NCBI GenBank assembly: GCA_040217195.1
Contig: JAVJNR010000008.1
Coordinates: 448,001 to 512,000, forward strand
Direction: 5' to 3'
DNA: 64,000 nucleotides
Source: Leptospiraceae bacterium
GTDB lineage: Bacteria > Spirochaetota > Leptospiria > Leptospirales > Leptonemataceae
The notes below the pieces were generated by a model. It did no database searches. It was not told the origin of the DNA and saw only the letters and a program-made list of their open reading frames with translations. How positions within the stretch are numbered: the stretch's first letter is position 1; the number at the start of each line of letters is the position of its first letter. The position numbers and the translations under genes were made by a program. Below, one piece after another: positions 1 to 9,811 of this stretch.

Positions 1-154
1 GATTTTCAATGCTTTTCAGCTAAAGCAGTACAGTCCAGGAAAGCAAAGAGCCTGGTTGTATTATCTGGCTCTTTTTGTTCTGGGCTTTCTGGTTGCAGCA
101 TTGCTGGGTGCTTTCGCTCCGGGTTCAGAAGACTTCTTTTACTTTAAATTTTAG
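1..154 (+). CDS. 3' end of probable MBOAT-family O-acyltransferase (AlgI/DltB-like), truncated by window edge
   Basis: Frame 2 is open from the window start to TAG at 152-154. It encodes a hydrophobic helix and ends ...SEDFFYFKF*, like the F(I/F)YFxF terminus of AlgI-type MBOATs, and lies directly upstream of an SGNH-like gene. Confidence 0.6.
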   Translation, partial: IFNAFQLKQYSPGKQRAWLYYLALFVLGFLVAALLGAFAPGSEDFFYFKF

Positions 155-171
155 GCAGAGGCAAATGCGAT

Positions 172-1323
172 ATGGATTTTATTCGTTATAAAATACTTTT
201 CATTCCATTACTGATGATTCTGGGACTTCTGGCTGCGGATCGACTATTCAACAATCCAGACATTGTAAAATACACAGTGCGATGGACAAACTTCGAAAGA
301 GAGAATTACCAGTTCAAAGAAATGCTCTTTCGGCAACTTCTGGGTGAGGCATCGGATCGAGAAAAAGAAGGCCTCAAGCTGGGACTGTTGTTTGGCACTT
401 CCAGGATCATGGAATTTGACAATACAGAAATAGACCGATTGACCGGGCAGCATTATACCTACAATTTTTCAGCACCGGCCGCCACCCCATCCTATTACTT
501 TTACTGGCTGGAACGGATTCAGGAAGCAGGACTGCTGGACCAGGTGGACTTCGTTTTTTTGGAATTCGACCCCACTATACTGAATCGCACAAATACTAAA
601 GTATCTCTGGCCTATTCCTATGATCCTGATTTTGTACTGGAGAATCTTGAACTGGACGAATCCAGACCACTAAACATTTGGGATGCGGAAGGAGCCGGCT
701 TTAACGTGGATGAGGCGGAAACTTTCTTTGTGAAGCAGTATATCTCATTGAGTAAATATCCGATCAACCCGGCTAACATCCTGGAAAATCAAAAGACTAC
801 CCTGGTTCCCACCGGCTCGGGGGATCTCAAAGCACTGCACAAGTGGGAAATCAAACAGGAGCTAATCCGAGAATCCAGAGAAACGTTGAGAAAGCATCGG
901 GGCGGACGCCCTACTTACGCTCAGCCCGATCCGGATCCACAAGACCTGGCATCCCATGAGAGGATTACCAGTAGAATGCATATTCAGTATCTGGTTCTGG
1001 CACCATCGCAGATGATATTTTTTAAACGGACTTTGAGGTTGCTTGCAAGCCAAAGAAAAGAGGTAATTCTATACTGGCCTCCTTCCACTCCGGGTCTTCG
1101 CCAGGCAATGCAGGAATACGATTTATTCGATCGTCACAGAGCTGAACTAATTTCTCTGACGCAATCTCTGGAAGAAGAGTATCCCGGTGCTAGATTTACA
1201 ATTTTAGACCCAATGGAAATCGAAGGATTTCCCTGTCTGGACCTGGTGGACTCATTCCATCTAAAGAGCATGTGCTTTCCCGCTGTGGCCCGTCAGGTAG
1301 TGCAAATCCTGGAAAAAAGGTAA
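172..1323 (+). CDS. Membrane-anchored SGNH/GDSL-like protein (DUF1574-like), probable MBOAT partner
   Basis: N-terminal TM anchor, block I-like FGTSR, YNFS, C-terminal DSFH (DxxH); follows the MBOAT gene. Confidence 0.6.
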   Translation: MDFIRYKILFIPLLMILGLLAADRLFNNPDIVKYTVRWTNFERENYQFKEMLFRQLLGEASDREKEGLKLGLLFGTSRIMEFDNTEIDRLTGQHYTYNFSAPAATPSYYFYWLERIQEAGLLDQVDFVFLEFDPTILNRTNTKVSLAYSYDPDFVLENLELDESRPLNIWDAEGAGFNVDEAETFFVKQYISLSKYPINPANILENQKTTLVPTGSGDLKALHKWEIKQELIRESRETLRKHRGGRPTYAQPDPDPQDLASHERITSRMHIQYLVLAPSQMIFFKRTLRLLASQRKEVILYWPPSTPGLRQAMQEYDLFDRHRAELISLTQSLEEEYPGARFTILDPMEIEGFPCLDLVDSFHLKSMCFPAVARQVVQILEKR

Positions 1324-1349
1324 GTCAGCACCGGCTGATTGAGAAGCGG

Positions 1350-2900
1350 TCAATGAATGGATCGATTTTGACCTTTCCAGAAAGGGTCTCTCAATTGCCT
1401 GCGGAGTACTTTGCCGGAGGGATTTCTGGGAAGAGCTTCAATCATTTCCACACGACGGGGCCGTTTGTACTGGGCCAGAGCTTCCGGTTTCCAGGACCGT
1501 AGCTCCGCTGCATCCATGCTACGATCTGAAACAATAAATGCGCAGACTGCCTCTCCAAATTCATCATCCGGTATGCCCACAACCGAAACGTCCCGTATGT
1601 CCGGATGCTCTGCCAGAAAGCGTTCCACCTCGATGGGATAGATTTTTTCTCCTTTGGATATGATCAGATCGTTCTTACGATCCAGTAGATACAGATAACC
1701 ATCCGAATCCAGATATCCAATGTCTCCCGAAGCGAACCAGCCGTCCTGAAAACATTCTTTGTTTTCCTCCGGTCGATTCCAGTAGCTATCCACAACGGTT
1801 GCTCCTCGCAGAAATACTTCTCCGGATTCTCCTGGTTTGCAGATTTCATCTCCTGAGCGAATCTGAATTTCAATTCCTGCAGCAGCCTTTCCAGCCGAGG
1901 CACTTCGATCCGGCGTTCCGGTCCTTGCTGCAGCCCTGGTGGATGAGGAATGCACCTGAAGTATGTCCAGATGATCCTGTACAGAAAGTATCGTTGCCAC
2001 TCCGGTGGTTTCTGTTAGACCATAGGCCTGGGTATAATCGCATTTCAACCTGGCATGGGATGCTTCCAGCAAAGGACGGGAAATGGGAGAGGCTCCGTAG
2101 ATCAAATGCTTCAGAGATGAGAAATCGGCGGTGGCTGCGTCCGGATGATTGATTACAGCCTGCTGCATGGCCGGAACCATCAATCCATGACTGATCTGAT
2201 GCGTCTCGATGGCCTGGATAACGGCCCCTGGATCAAAGCGAGGAAGCAAAACATTGGTCGCCCCTCCCAGAAAACCCATAAATAGAATACCTACGCCGGC
2301 GATATGGAAAAAAGGGGCACAGACCAGGTTGACGGATCCAAACCCAAAGGAAGGTGTTTCCAATCTGAGCTGTTCCAGCAAGGCCAGGATATTGGCATGA
2401 TTCATGGGCACGCCTTTAGGATGACTGGTTGTGCCCGATGTGTAGAGCTGAAGAAACGTCTGTCCGGCCTCCGGTAGAACCGGATTGTCCATTGCTGACT
2501 CGCTGCGTCCGGACTCCCAGAAATCGCCGGGAAGATTAACAACCTGGCGAGAAGACTCTTCCACCAGAGGTAGAAAATCCTTTCCTGCGAAAACGATCTG
2601 ACAATCCGCATCATCCAGAATGAAATCTGTTTCTTCTCGTGATAAACGCCAGTTCAGAATTACCGGAATTACACCTGCGAAAGCGCAGCCCAGAATTAGC
2701 TGCACAGCAGAGGCACTGTTGTATTCCAGAAGACCCACTCGATCGCCGGATTTTAGATCCATGCTCCTAAGTCGATGAGCCATGTAATGGGCCTTGTTTC
2801 TGAGCTCCCCGTAGGTGGCACTGGCCTGTCCGACCATGGCCGTTCTATCCGGACTGAGACGGGCCCGATATTCCAGAACCTCGATCAATGTACTATGCAT
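1350..2900 (-). CDS. AMP-dependent long-chain acyl-CoA synthetase/ligase
   Basis: YTSGTTSHPKG, QAYGLTET, SGDIG, DRKNDLIISKGEKIYP and LPRNPSGK adenylation motifs. Confidence 0.92.
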   Translation of the reverse strand: MHSTLIEVLEYRARLSPDRTAMVGQASATYGELRNKAHYMAHRLRSMDLKSGDRVGLLEYNSASAVQLILGCAFAGVIPVILNWRLSREETDFILDDADCQIVFAGKDFLPLVEESSRQVVNLPGDFWESGRSESAMDNPVLPEAGQTFLQLYTSGTTSHPKGVPMNHANILALLEQLRLETPSFGFGSVNLVCAPFFHIAGVGILFMGFLGGATNVLLPRFDPGAVIQAIETHQISHGLMVPAMQQAVINHPDAATADFSSLKHLIYGASPISRPLLEASHARLKCDYTQAYGLTETTGVATILSVQDHLDILQVHSSSTRAAARTGTPDRSASAGKAAAGIEIQIRSGDEICKPGESGEVFLRGATVVDSYWNRPEENKECFQDGWFASGDIGYLDSDGYLYLLDRKNDLIISKGEKIYPIEVERFLAEHPDIRDVSVVGIPDDEFGEAVCAFIVSDRSMDAAELRSWKPEALAQYKRPRRVEMIEALPRNPSGKVLRRQLRDPFWKGQNRSIH

Positions 2901-2942
2901 AACTAATCCCTATTCGATTTTCTCCGGTCTAATTCTTCGGGA

Positions 2943-3977
2943 CTACGGTCTATTGATTTCCTGATACAGGGCGGCTCCGCCCGAATAGCCGGCCCCGGCT
3001 GCAGTAAGCAGAACTCTTGCCCCCGGAAATAACTTTCCCTCTCTGCGAGCCACATCCAGGGCAAAAGGAAGGGTAGCAGACGTTGTATTTCCGGTATAAT
3101 CGATGGTGATTACAGTCTTATCCATGGAAATGCCCAGTTTCTGTCCCACCGTTTTCATGATTTTTAGATTTGCCTGATGTGGAATGAAGCAATCGATTTG
3201 ATCCAACGATATATCTGCCTGCTCGCAAACCAGAATACATAACTCGGACATGGCCTCCACTGCATCTGCGAATATCTGATGACCATCCACAGTCATTTTC
3301 ACCGAATGCAGGCCCTTCTTAACAGTCTCCTCCGAAGCAGGCATGGCACTGCCTCCTGCAGGCGTATAGAGATTCAGGGCTCTGGATCCATCGGACCAGA
3401 GTTCGCAGCCAAGCATACCGCCTGAGGCCTCCGTCCTGGAAAGTATGATGGCGCCCGCCCCATCGGCAAAAATGGGGCCCAGCCGCCTGTCCCGGGCCTG
3501 GATAAATCGAGACTTGATGTCTGCTCCAATGACCATTACATGATTCAATCCGCCAGCCACCAGACGCACTCCATGGTCCAGACCAAACAGAAAACTGGCG
3601 CAGGCCGATTGCTTATCTTCTGCCGGGCAGTCCGCTCCAATGAGATTCTGTATGCGATTTGCCGCTGCAGGAGAGGTCCAGTCCCCGGTAGTTGTACAAA
3701 GGATGATATGATCCAGATCCGTAGCCTTCAGCCCGGCATTCTCCAGAGCCAGAAGGGCAGCAGATGCACCCAGGTCGCTGGTTGCCAGATTCGAATCCGC
3801 AAAATGTCTCTGCCGCACACCCACATGACTTTCAATCCATTCAGGTGTTGTATCCAGGGAACGATCCCTGATTAGAATCTCATTGTCCACGGGACTTGAA
3901 GGCAAAAAGCCACCGGAACCGGAAATGAATATTCCGGACGGATAACCCGGTCTAATTCTGGTGTATCTTTGTGCCAT
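2943..3977 (-). CDS. 3-oxoacyl-ACP synthase III (FabH-like KAS III), copy 1
   Basis: DTTPEWIESHVGVRQR; catalytic triad Cys (SACASF), His (PHQAN), Asn (GNTTSA). Confidence 0.9.
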   Translation of the reverse strand: MAQRYTRIRPGYPSGIFISGSGGFLPSSPVDNEILIRDRSLDTTPEWIESHVGVRQRHFADSNLATSDLGASAALLALENAGLKATDLDHIILCTTTGDWTSPAAANRIQNLIGADCPAEDKQSACASFLFGLDHGVRLVAGGLNHVMVIGADIKSRFIQARDRRLGPIFADGAGAIILSRTEASGGMLGCELWSDGSRALNLYTPAGGSAMPASEETVKKGLHSVKMTVDGHQIFADAVEAMSELCILVCEQADISLDQIDCFIPHQANLKIMKTVGQKLGISMDKTVITIDYTGNTTSATLPFALDVARREGKLFPGARVLLTAAGAGYSGGAALYQEINRP

Positions 3978-3986
3978 GGCGTTTAA

Positions 3987-5249
3987 CTAATCTGCAATAA
4001 TGAAAGCTGTATTTCCAGGAGGATGCTCATTTAGTCTCATTCGACCATGAATAGTTCCAATCTCTTCAAAGGAATGAATGGCTCCCAGATAGGGAGCCAA
4101 TTTTCCATCCTGGATCAATTGATGTAAGTAATCGATGTCGGGCCGACCGGCAAAATGGGAGCCCTGAAGGCGCTGACTACTTGAGCAGAAAAGCCCTCCT
4201 TCCATTTGAGCCATATAGCCGGTGGTGCCTGCACAAATCACAACCATTCCGCCGGAAGAACAACAATACTGAGATATTGGAAGAGTATTCTGCCCTGGAT
4301 GCTCCAATACAATTTCAGGACTGACACCACCTGTTAATCGTAATACTTCTTCTCGAAAAGCATCTGCCTGTTTGAACCAGGAGCGGTCCCGAGCTCCAAC
4401 GGGCAGACCCGGCACTATGAATTCCGAGCGATTGATGGCCACCGCACCCAGAGATTCTACCACCGACTTTTTTTCCTGCGAATTCACCACTGCCACAGGT
4501 AGGCCTCCGCAGCTTCGCACAATCTGAATGGCCATGGAGCCAACTCCACCGGCACCGCCCCATATAAGTACAGGCATACCCCGAGAAACGGTATTGGGAG
4601 ACCAGTGAAGTAGCATTCGAACGGCTGTGGCCCCGCAAAGCAGATATACGGCACTTTGATTCCAATCCAGGGCCTTTGGCCTGGGATAGAGTTGCCAGGA
4701 TTTCACAAGACAGAACTGAGCAAAGGAGCCCCAGTTAGTCTCATAGCCCCAGGCTAGCAGGCTGGGAGCCATGGAAGGATCGCCTCCGGACTGAATGTAT
4801 GGATCGGATGAATCCCAGCTGGCAGGAGACACAACCACTTCATCACCTTCATGAAAATTCTGAACGCTGGAACCGGTGGCATAAACTATCCCTGCAGCAT
4901 CAGATCCTCCTATGTGAAAATCCTCACCGGCTCCCTGCTTCATGCGCATGGAAATCACATCCACTGGATGACCCAGGGAAGCCCAGACATTGTTGTAGTT
5001 CAGACCGGCCCTCTTCACAGCTACCAGAACTTCATCCGGTCCAGGCAAAGGTACATCCACAATTTCCATTTGAAAGGCACTGGAAGGATCTCCATACCTC
5101 TCTCGCCGAATCACCTGGGCATGCATCTTTTCCGGAATGGGTCCGGGCCCTGGCAATTCTCCCAGGGGCAACGGTGTAGCTACTGATTCCATTTGATGGT
5201 GGGGCTCCCGGTTGCTGGTATGAGGCGGATTGAAAAGTATATCAATCAT
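3987..5249 (-). CDS. ccr: Crotonyl-CoA carboxylase/reductase (enoyl-CoA carboxylase/reductase, MDR superfamily)
   Basis: LNYNNVWA, FHIGGSDAAG, WGYETNWGSFAQF, WGGAGGVGS, EHPG, CAGTTGY and RLQGSHFA; the CO2-binding Asn, aromatic, Glu and His positions appear present. Confidence 0.9.
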   Translation of the reverse strand: MIDILFNPPHTSNREPHHQMESVATPLPLGELPGPGPIPEKMHAQVIRRERYGDPSSAFQMEIVDVPLPGPDEVLVAVKRAGLNYNNVWASLGHPVDVISMRMKQGAGEDFHIGGSDAAGIVYATGSSVQNFHEGDEVVVSPASWDSSDPYIQSGGDPSMAPSLLAWGYETNWGSFAQFCLVKSWQLYPRPKALDWNQSAVYLLCGATAVRMLLHWSPNTVSRGMPVLIWGGAGGVGSMAIQIVRSCGGLPVAVVNSQEKKSVVESLGAVAINRSEFIVPGLPVGARDRSWFKQADAFREEVLRLTGGVSPEIVLEHPGQNTLPISQYCCSSGGMVVICAGTTGYMAQMEGGLFCSSSQRLQGSHFAGRPDIDYLHQLIQDGKLAPYLGAIHSFEEIGTIHGRMRLNEHPPGNTAFIIAD

Positions 5250-5376
5250 AATTCAATATTAGGATTCAGATAGAAAACACCGTCCGGTCCCTCAAATCCA
5301 GATCCCCGGAAAGAAGCCGAGCTGTAACAGAGAAAAAAATTCTATCTTTGCAGATATAGAACGGAACAAACGAGTC

Positions 5377-6423
5377 ATGGGCGGATTAAAACTTACACCG
5401 GTTCCGGGAGTAGCACTCATGGGAGCCTCCAGCGCCTTCTCTGCCTCAGGTACCTGGGTAAGTAACGAAGATATTCATGCCCTGGTTTATGGTCCTGACT
5501 GGAGGGAGGCCATGGCAATAAAAGGCCTGGACCCGGATCATCCGGCGAAGAAAGGGTTTAGCCGCAGACACTGGACCCTGCCTCCGGAGTCGCCCAGGAC
5601 TGGACAGGAAGAGAATTCGGCGGATCTAATGCAACAGGCTGCAGAAAAAGTGCTCAGTGAAACCGGAATGTCGATTCGAGAAATAGATCTATTCATCGCC
5701 GTTTCTACCACGTCGCCCAGGTATACATCGTCCCTGGGTACTCTGGTAGGCGGCCGCCTGGGATTTCAGGGCCCTGCTTTCGAAATGAAATCTGGCTGTT
5801 CCAGCACAATCTATGCTCTGAGCATTGCCTATCAATTCCTGGCCGGGGCAGCCCGTTCAGTATTGATCGCATCTGCTGAAACTCTCAGTCGTGTAATCTC
5901 AATAAACGGTCCATTTATCTATGCGGCCGGAGATGGAGCAGGAGCTATTCTATTGCAGAAAGTGGATGATCCAGGCAGGGGACTTGTAACTGGATTTCTG
6001 AATTCTGATGGAAGCTATGCGGATTCCATGGGAGTTCCGGGCATCCTGCCACCTACCAGGCAGGCCCTGGATCAGCAGGAATATTACATGGGCCAATCGG
6101 ATTCCCTCTCCTCCGATGTGAAACCGTTCTGGATGCAATCCCAGCAATCCTTAATTGAATCTGAAAATCGCAGCTTTCAGGACATCGACCTTTACATACC
6201 TCATCAGACAAGTAATTCCATTCTTGATCTGCTGGCTCAATCCATGGGATCCCACTCGAATAAACTTTTCCGATGCCTGGACCGTTACGGCAATTGCGGA
6301 TCGGCCACTTTACCCATTGCTCTGGCTGAAGCTCTGGAAGGGCAACAGGCATCCGGCCGGCGAATTCTATTAAATGCAGTGGGTGGTGGATTGGCCTGGG
6401 GCAGCCTTCTAATCAATACTTAG
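5377..6423 (+). CDS. 3-oxoacyl-ACP synthase III-like condensing enzyme, copy 2 (divergent)
   Basis: SGCSS (Cys), PHQTS (His), YGNCGSA (Asn), AGDGAGA, GGGLAWG; atypical N-terminus. Confidence 0.85.
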   Translation: MGGLKLTPVPGVALMGASSAFSASGTWVSNEDIHALVYGPDWREAMAIKGLDPDHPAKKGFSRRHWTLPPESPRTGQEENSADLMQQAAEKVLSETGMSIREIDLFIAVSTTSPRYTSSLGTLVGGRLGFQGPAFEMKSGCSSTIYALSIAYQFLAGAARSVLIASAETLSRVISINGPFIYAAGDGAGAILLQKVDDPGRGLVTGFLNSDGSYADSMGVPGILPPTRQALDQQEYYMGQSDSLSSDVKPFWMQSQQSLIESENRSFQDIDLYIPHQTSNSILDLLAQSMGSHSNKLFRCLDRYGNCGSATLPIALAEALEGQQASGRRILLNAVGGGLAWGSLLINT

Positions 6424-6462
6424 TGACTATTCGGGAAATCATAACAGGACTGAAAACATTCC

Positions 6463-7221
6463 ATGCATGGAAAAACTGTAATCATTCTGGGCGCCAGCCG
6501 CGGCATTGGCGCTGAAACAGCAGAACTGCTGGCGGCCAGGCAGGCCCGGATATTGCTGATCGCAAGAAACGGCGGCGAGCTGAAAAAACTTCTGGATTCA
6601 TTACCCGGCACGGATCATTCGCATCTGGTACTGGACCTGGCCGAATCAGAGAGTGCCCACTCCATCATGGAACACTGTAAACAGTGGGGCATCCCGGACA
6701 TAGTTGTGTGGAATTATTTCGCCAGATCGGATTTGGGGCGACTGAGCCAATTACAGGCTAATTCTCTAAGCGGTGCAATTAGCAGAAATTGCGAAGTTCC
6801 TCTGGCTCTGTATCGCGGTTTTCTGCCCGAACAGAAGAATCAAAAATTCGGTCGATGGATCCTGGTGAGCTCGGCCATTGCAGGTCTGTCAGGCCCGGGA
6901 CAGGGAGTTTACGGCGCAGTTAAATCAGTTCAGGAATCCTTGATCCGTACCATAGCAGTAGAACAGGGACACAATGAAATAACCGGAAATATCGTCCGAC
7001 CCGGATTCATAGATACTCCAGGCGTTCAGCAAAACTATGATTCGCAGACCAGGCAAAAGCTGGCTTCCATGAATTTACCAGCCAGAGCGGGCAGTCCGAA
7101 AGAAGTGGCTGCAGCCATTGGCTATCTGGCCTCAGACCAGGCAGGTTTCGTAAATGGAACAGTGCTTCCAGTGGACGGAGGAATGAATCTGGGCTGGTTT
7201 CTGCGAAGGGAAAGCAAGTAA
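6463..7221 (+). CDS. SDR-family oxidoreductase (FabG-like ketoreductase)
   Basis: GASRGIG Rossmann motif, VSS, YGAVK (YxxxK), PGFIDT, VDGG. Confidence 0.88.
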   Translation: MHGKTVIILGASRGIGAETAELLAARQARILLIARNGGELKKLLDSLPGTDHSHLVLDLAESESAHSIMEHCKQWGIPDIVVWNYFARSDLGRLSQLQANSLSGAISRNCEVPLALYRGFLPEQKNQKFGRWILVSSAIAGLSGPGQGVYGAVKSVQESLIRTIAVEQGHNEITGNIVRPGFIDTPGVQQNYDSQTRQKLASMNLPARAGSPKEVAAAIGYLASDQAGFVNGTVLPVDGGMNLGWFLRRESK

Positions 7222-7432
7222 TTCGAATTCTAAGATTAAACCTCAATTTAAAACGGCGCCAGAATCAGAAGTACCAGACATCCTATGGGTCCGACACGCG
7301 ATTAATACAAATCCTGGAATTGAATCCGACAGGAACCGAATACAACTGATAGAACGGAATCCATCCCGCGCCAAATAAAGGTCTTTAATTTAAATTCGGC
7401 CCGCATCAAATGTCGTTTTTAAACTTCTATCC

Positions 7433-7462
7433 GCCCGGCACCAAATGCCGGGGCCAATTTTG
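7433..7462 (+). terminator. GC-rich hairpin between convergent genes, possible terminator
   Basis: cccggca-ccaaa-tgccggg stem followed by ccaatttt; short and interrupted U-tract. Confidence 0.35.
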
Positions 7463-7543
7463 AATCGGAATCTCAGTCAATCCAGTCTGGAAATCCAGTA
7501 CGGCTTCACTCAGTACCGGTCCTGAAATTGAGTCCTGACCGAA

Positions 7544-8635
7544 CTAATTCTCGTAAACAACCAGTGTGGATGGATTTCCCAGGTTTCCAAAGGTATTGAG
7601 TGCAAGCACGATGTCTCCGGTTTTTGGATTCACAGCAACTTGATTGATGGAAGAGATTTTTTCACTTACAGTGGCCACCCGGTTTCCGGTGCGTATATCC
7701 CAGATAATGAACGGACCTGTGGGATCTCTTTTGTAACTTACACTTACCGCATGATGCTCATCGATTCTGGCCACTGAAGTAACATGTCCTTTATGTCCGC
7801 TCATGGTTCGCAAAACACGACCTGTATTTAGATCTATTACAACGACCTGACTCTTGAATGTAGCCCCCACAGCAATGGATTCGTTTTGGTGCAGACTCAT
7901 TGAAATGATGTCATCGCTATAAGGAATGGTCTTAAGTTTCTGACCATTCACGGACCAGATATGGATACCGTGTAATCGATTCTGAACAGAAACAAAGATT
8001 TTCTGCGAGTCACTACTAAACAGGATCTTACCCGGCACAAAATCATTTACAGCAAAAGAACCCAGAGTGGACACCTTAGATCCGGTTTGCATGTTCCACA
8101 ATTCCAGATAGGTTCTACCTGCCCGGGCACCTGAAATCACAAGGAATTTGTTATCGGAAGAGAAGGCCAGTCCAAAGGTTTCATCGAATTGAGAAAGTGA
8201 GTATTTCAGCTCACCGCTTCTCGAATTCCAGACCTTTACCTGATCTTTACCCAGCGTACCGGTTGCGATTAGTTCTCCGTTTAGCTGAGCATCCAGCTGA
8301 TACACTCGACCTTTATGAGCCTTAAAGCTTCTTTGCACATCGCCATCGTCCGCATCCCGAATGGCAACTGTTCCATCTGCATGACCGGTAATCAGGGCAT
8401 CGCCTTCATCGGTGAAAGCCAGGGTTACTACCTGAGCCTCATCGAAACGTATTTCGTATGCGATACTCGTGGGCCAGGCCCATAATGCAGAAACCATGAA
8501 AAAGCAAAACGCAGCCAGGACCGCCAGGATTTTTACACGGAAAGCCTGGACTCCTGGTTTAATTCTGGAAATCGGTTGTGAGATAGGCTGATCCTTCTTG
8601 ATAGAACGGAAAAATAGGTCAGTGAGGCGATGCAT
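7544..8635 (-). CDS. Exported WD40-repeat beta-propeller protein (true start may be downstream)
   Basis: Repeated GH/AH...WD/WN units (AHKGRV, VKVWN, LELWN, GHKGHV, IIWD); hydrophobic signal-like segment ILAVLAAFCFFMVSALWA. Confidence 0.8.
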   Translation of the reverse strand: MHRLTDLFFRSIKKDQPISQPISRIKPGVQAFRVKILAVLAAFCFFMVSALWAWPTSIAYEIRFDEAQVVTLAFTDEGDALITGHADGTVAIRDADDGDVQRSFKAHKGRVYQLDAQLNGELIATGTLGKDQVKVWNSRSGELKYSLSQFDETFGLAFSSDNKFLVISGARAGRTYLELWNMQTGSKVSTLGSFAVNDFVPGKILFSSDSQKIFVSVQNRLHGIHIWSVNGQKLKTIPYSDDIISMSLHQNESIAVGATFKSQVVVIDLNTGRVLRTMSGHKGHVTSVARIDEHHAVSVSYKRDPTGPFIIWDIRTGNRVATVSEKISSINQVAVNPKTGDIVLALNTFGNLGNPSTLVVYEN

Positions 8636-8720
8636 GGTTCTTTAGACGAATGGGCCGGCCATCTTACCTGGAAAATAGTTCTCCCGAACTCAATCCGAAA
8701 AAAACCATCCTCGTGAACAT

Positions 8721-9797
8721 TCAGCCCTTCTTGATCGCACGCCTTGCAGCAAAAACGATTCCAGCCGCATTCAAGGCAGCATCCATATTCAGTCTCTCGT
8801 TCAATGCAACGGAGTCCTGTAGCCCATTCTGATTCAGTCGCTCTATCCAGTGATCCAGGATCTGCCTCTGTACATTCTCCTCTGCGGATTTAGAATCCTG
8901 GTCCGAATCAGAATTCTCTTTCTTTCCTGAAGCCAGAGTTGTACTGGCATCGGTTAGCAATTTCTCCAGGAATTCAAGACTCTCATGCAATTGACTTTCC
9001 GCTGCATCCAGATTATCCAATCGGCCAAAGTGCGTCAGAAAGACCTTATCTGCTCCGGTGGATCGAATCTTTTTCAGGCTACCATGCGCCGCTTCCGGGT
9101 CGAAATCCGTAGGCGTGCTGGATGCGAATAGAAAATCACCTCCGGACTGAAGATCCGGATAGGCAATTCCAAAACTATCGCCGGTAAACACTCCATTGCA
9201 GCTTTTCTCAAAAATGCAAAAATGATGATTCGCATGCCCTCTGGTATGCAAGAATTCCAGGGTTCGATCTTCCCAGTAGAGCAATTCACCATCGGCCATG
9301 ATTCGCACACGAGTCTCTTCGCAGGGAATGATCTCACCATAGAGTTTTTGAAATGTTTCCTCTCCATAGACCTGAATGGAGCTCTGAATCAAACGACCGG
9401 GATCTATAAGATGACGGGCTGCCCTGGGATGGGCAAGCACTGTTGCATCTTTGCACTCATTCAGCAATGCGCCGGCTCCGCCAGCATGATCCAGATGAAC
9501 ATGGGTGGGTATGATCCAATCCACATTCTCCGCTGGAATTTCCAGGATTTGTAAGGCCTCCAGGAATCGAGGTACGGCCAGGCTGGTATTCGTTTCCAGA
9601 AAGGCAGCCCGGCCCTTTTCGTTTAGCATTATGTAGGCGCAGGCGAGCTCCGGCTGAACATAGTCGCAATCCACGCAATAAATTCCGGAATCCACCTCTT
9701 TCATCCAATGCGGTAGTGTCGAAGGTGCCATGCTTGCAGCATAGTCCTGCCCGGTCCTGTGGGGAATCAAAAAAGAGTTTCTCCTGAGCGAGCGCAA
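8721..9797 (-). CDS. MBL-fold metallo-hydrolase (start probably nearer 9731)
   Basis: THVHLDHAGG (HxHxDH), GHANHH, TGDSFG, LTHFG. Confidence 0.88.
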   Translation of the reverse strand: MRSLRRNSFLIPHRTGQDYAASMAPSTLPHWMKEVDSGIYCVDCDYVQPELACAYIMLNEKGRAAFLETNTSLAVPRFLEALQILEIPAENVDWIIPTHVHLDHAGGAGALLNECKDATVLAHPRAARHLIDPGRLIQSSIQVYGEETFQKLYGEIIPCEETRVRIMADGELLYWEDRTLEFLHTRGHANHHFCIFEKSCNGVFTGDSFGIAYPDLQSGGDFLFASSTPTDFDPEAAHGSLKKIRSTGADKVFLTHFGRLDNLDAAESQLHESLEFLEKLLTDASTTLASGKKENSDSDQDSKSAEENVQRQILDHWIERLNQNGLQDSVALNERLNMDAALNAAGIVFAARRAIKKG

Positions 9798-9811
9798 TTT
9801 ACACCGTCCCT

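Noticed and set aside
8721..9797. Metallo-beta-lactamase resistance gene
   Set aside because: No signal peptide; resembles generic cytoplasmic MBL-fold hydrolases.
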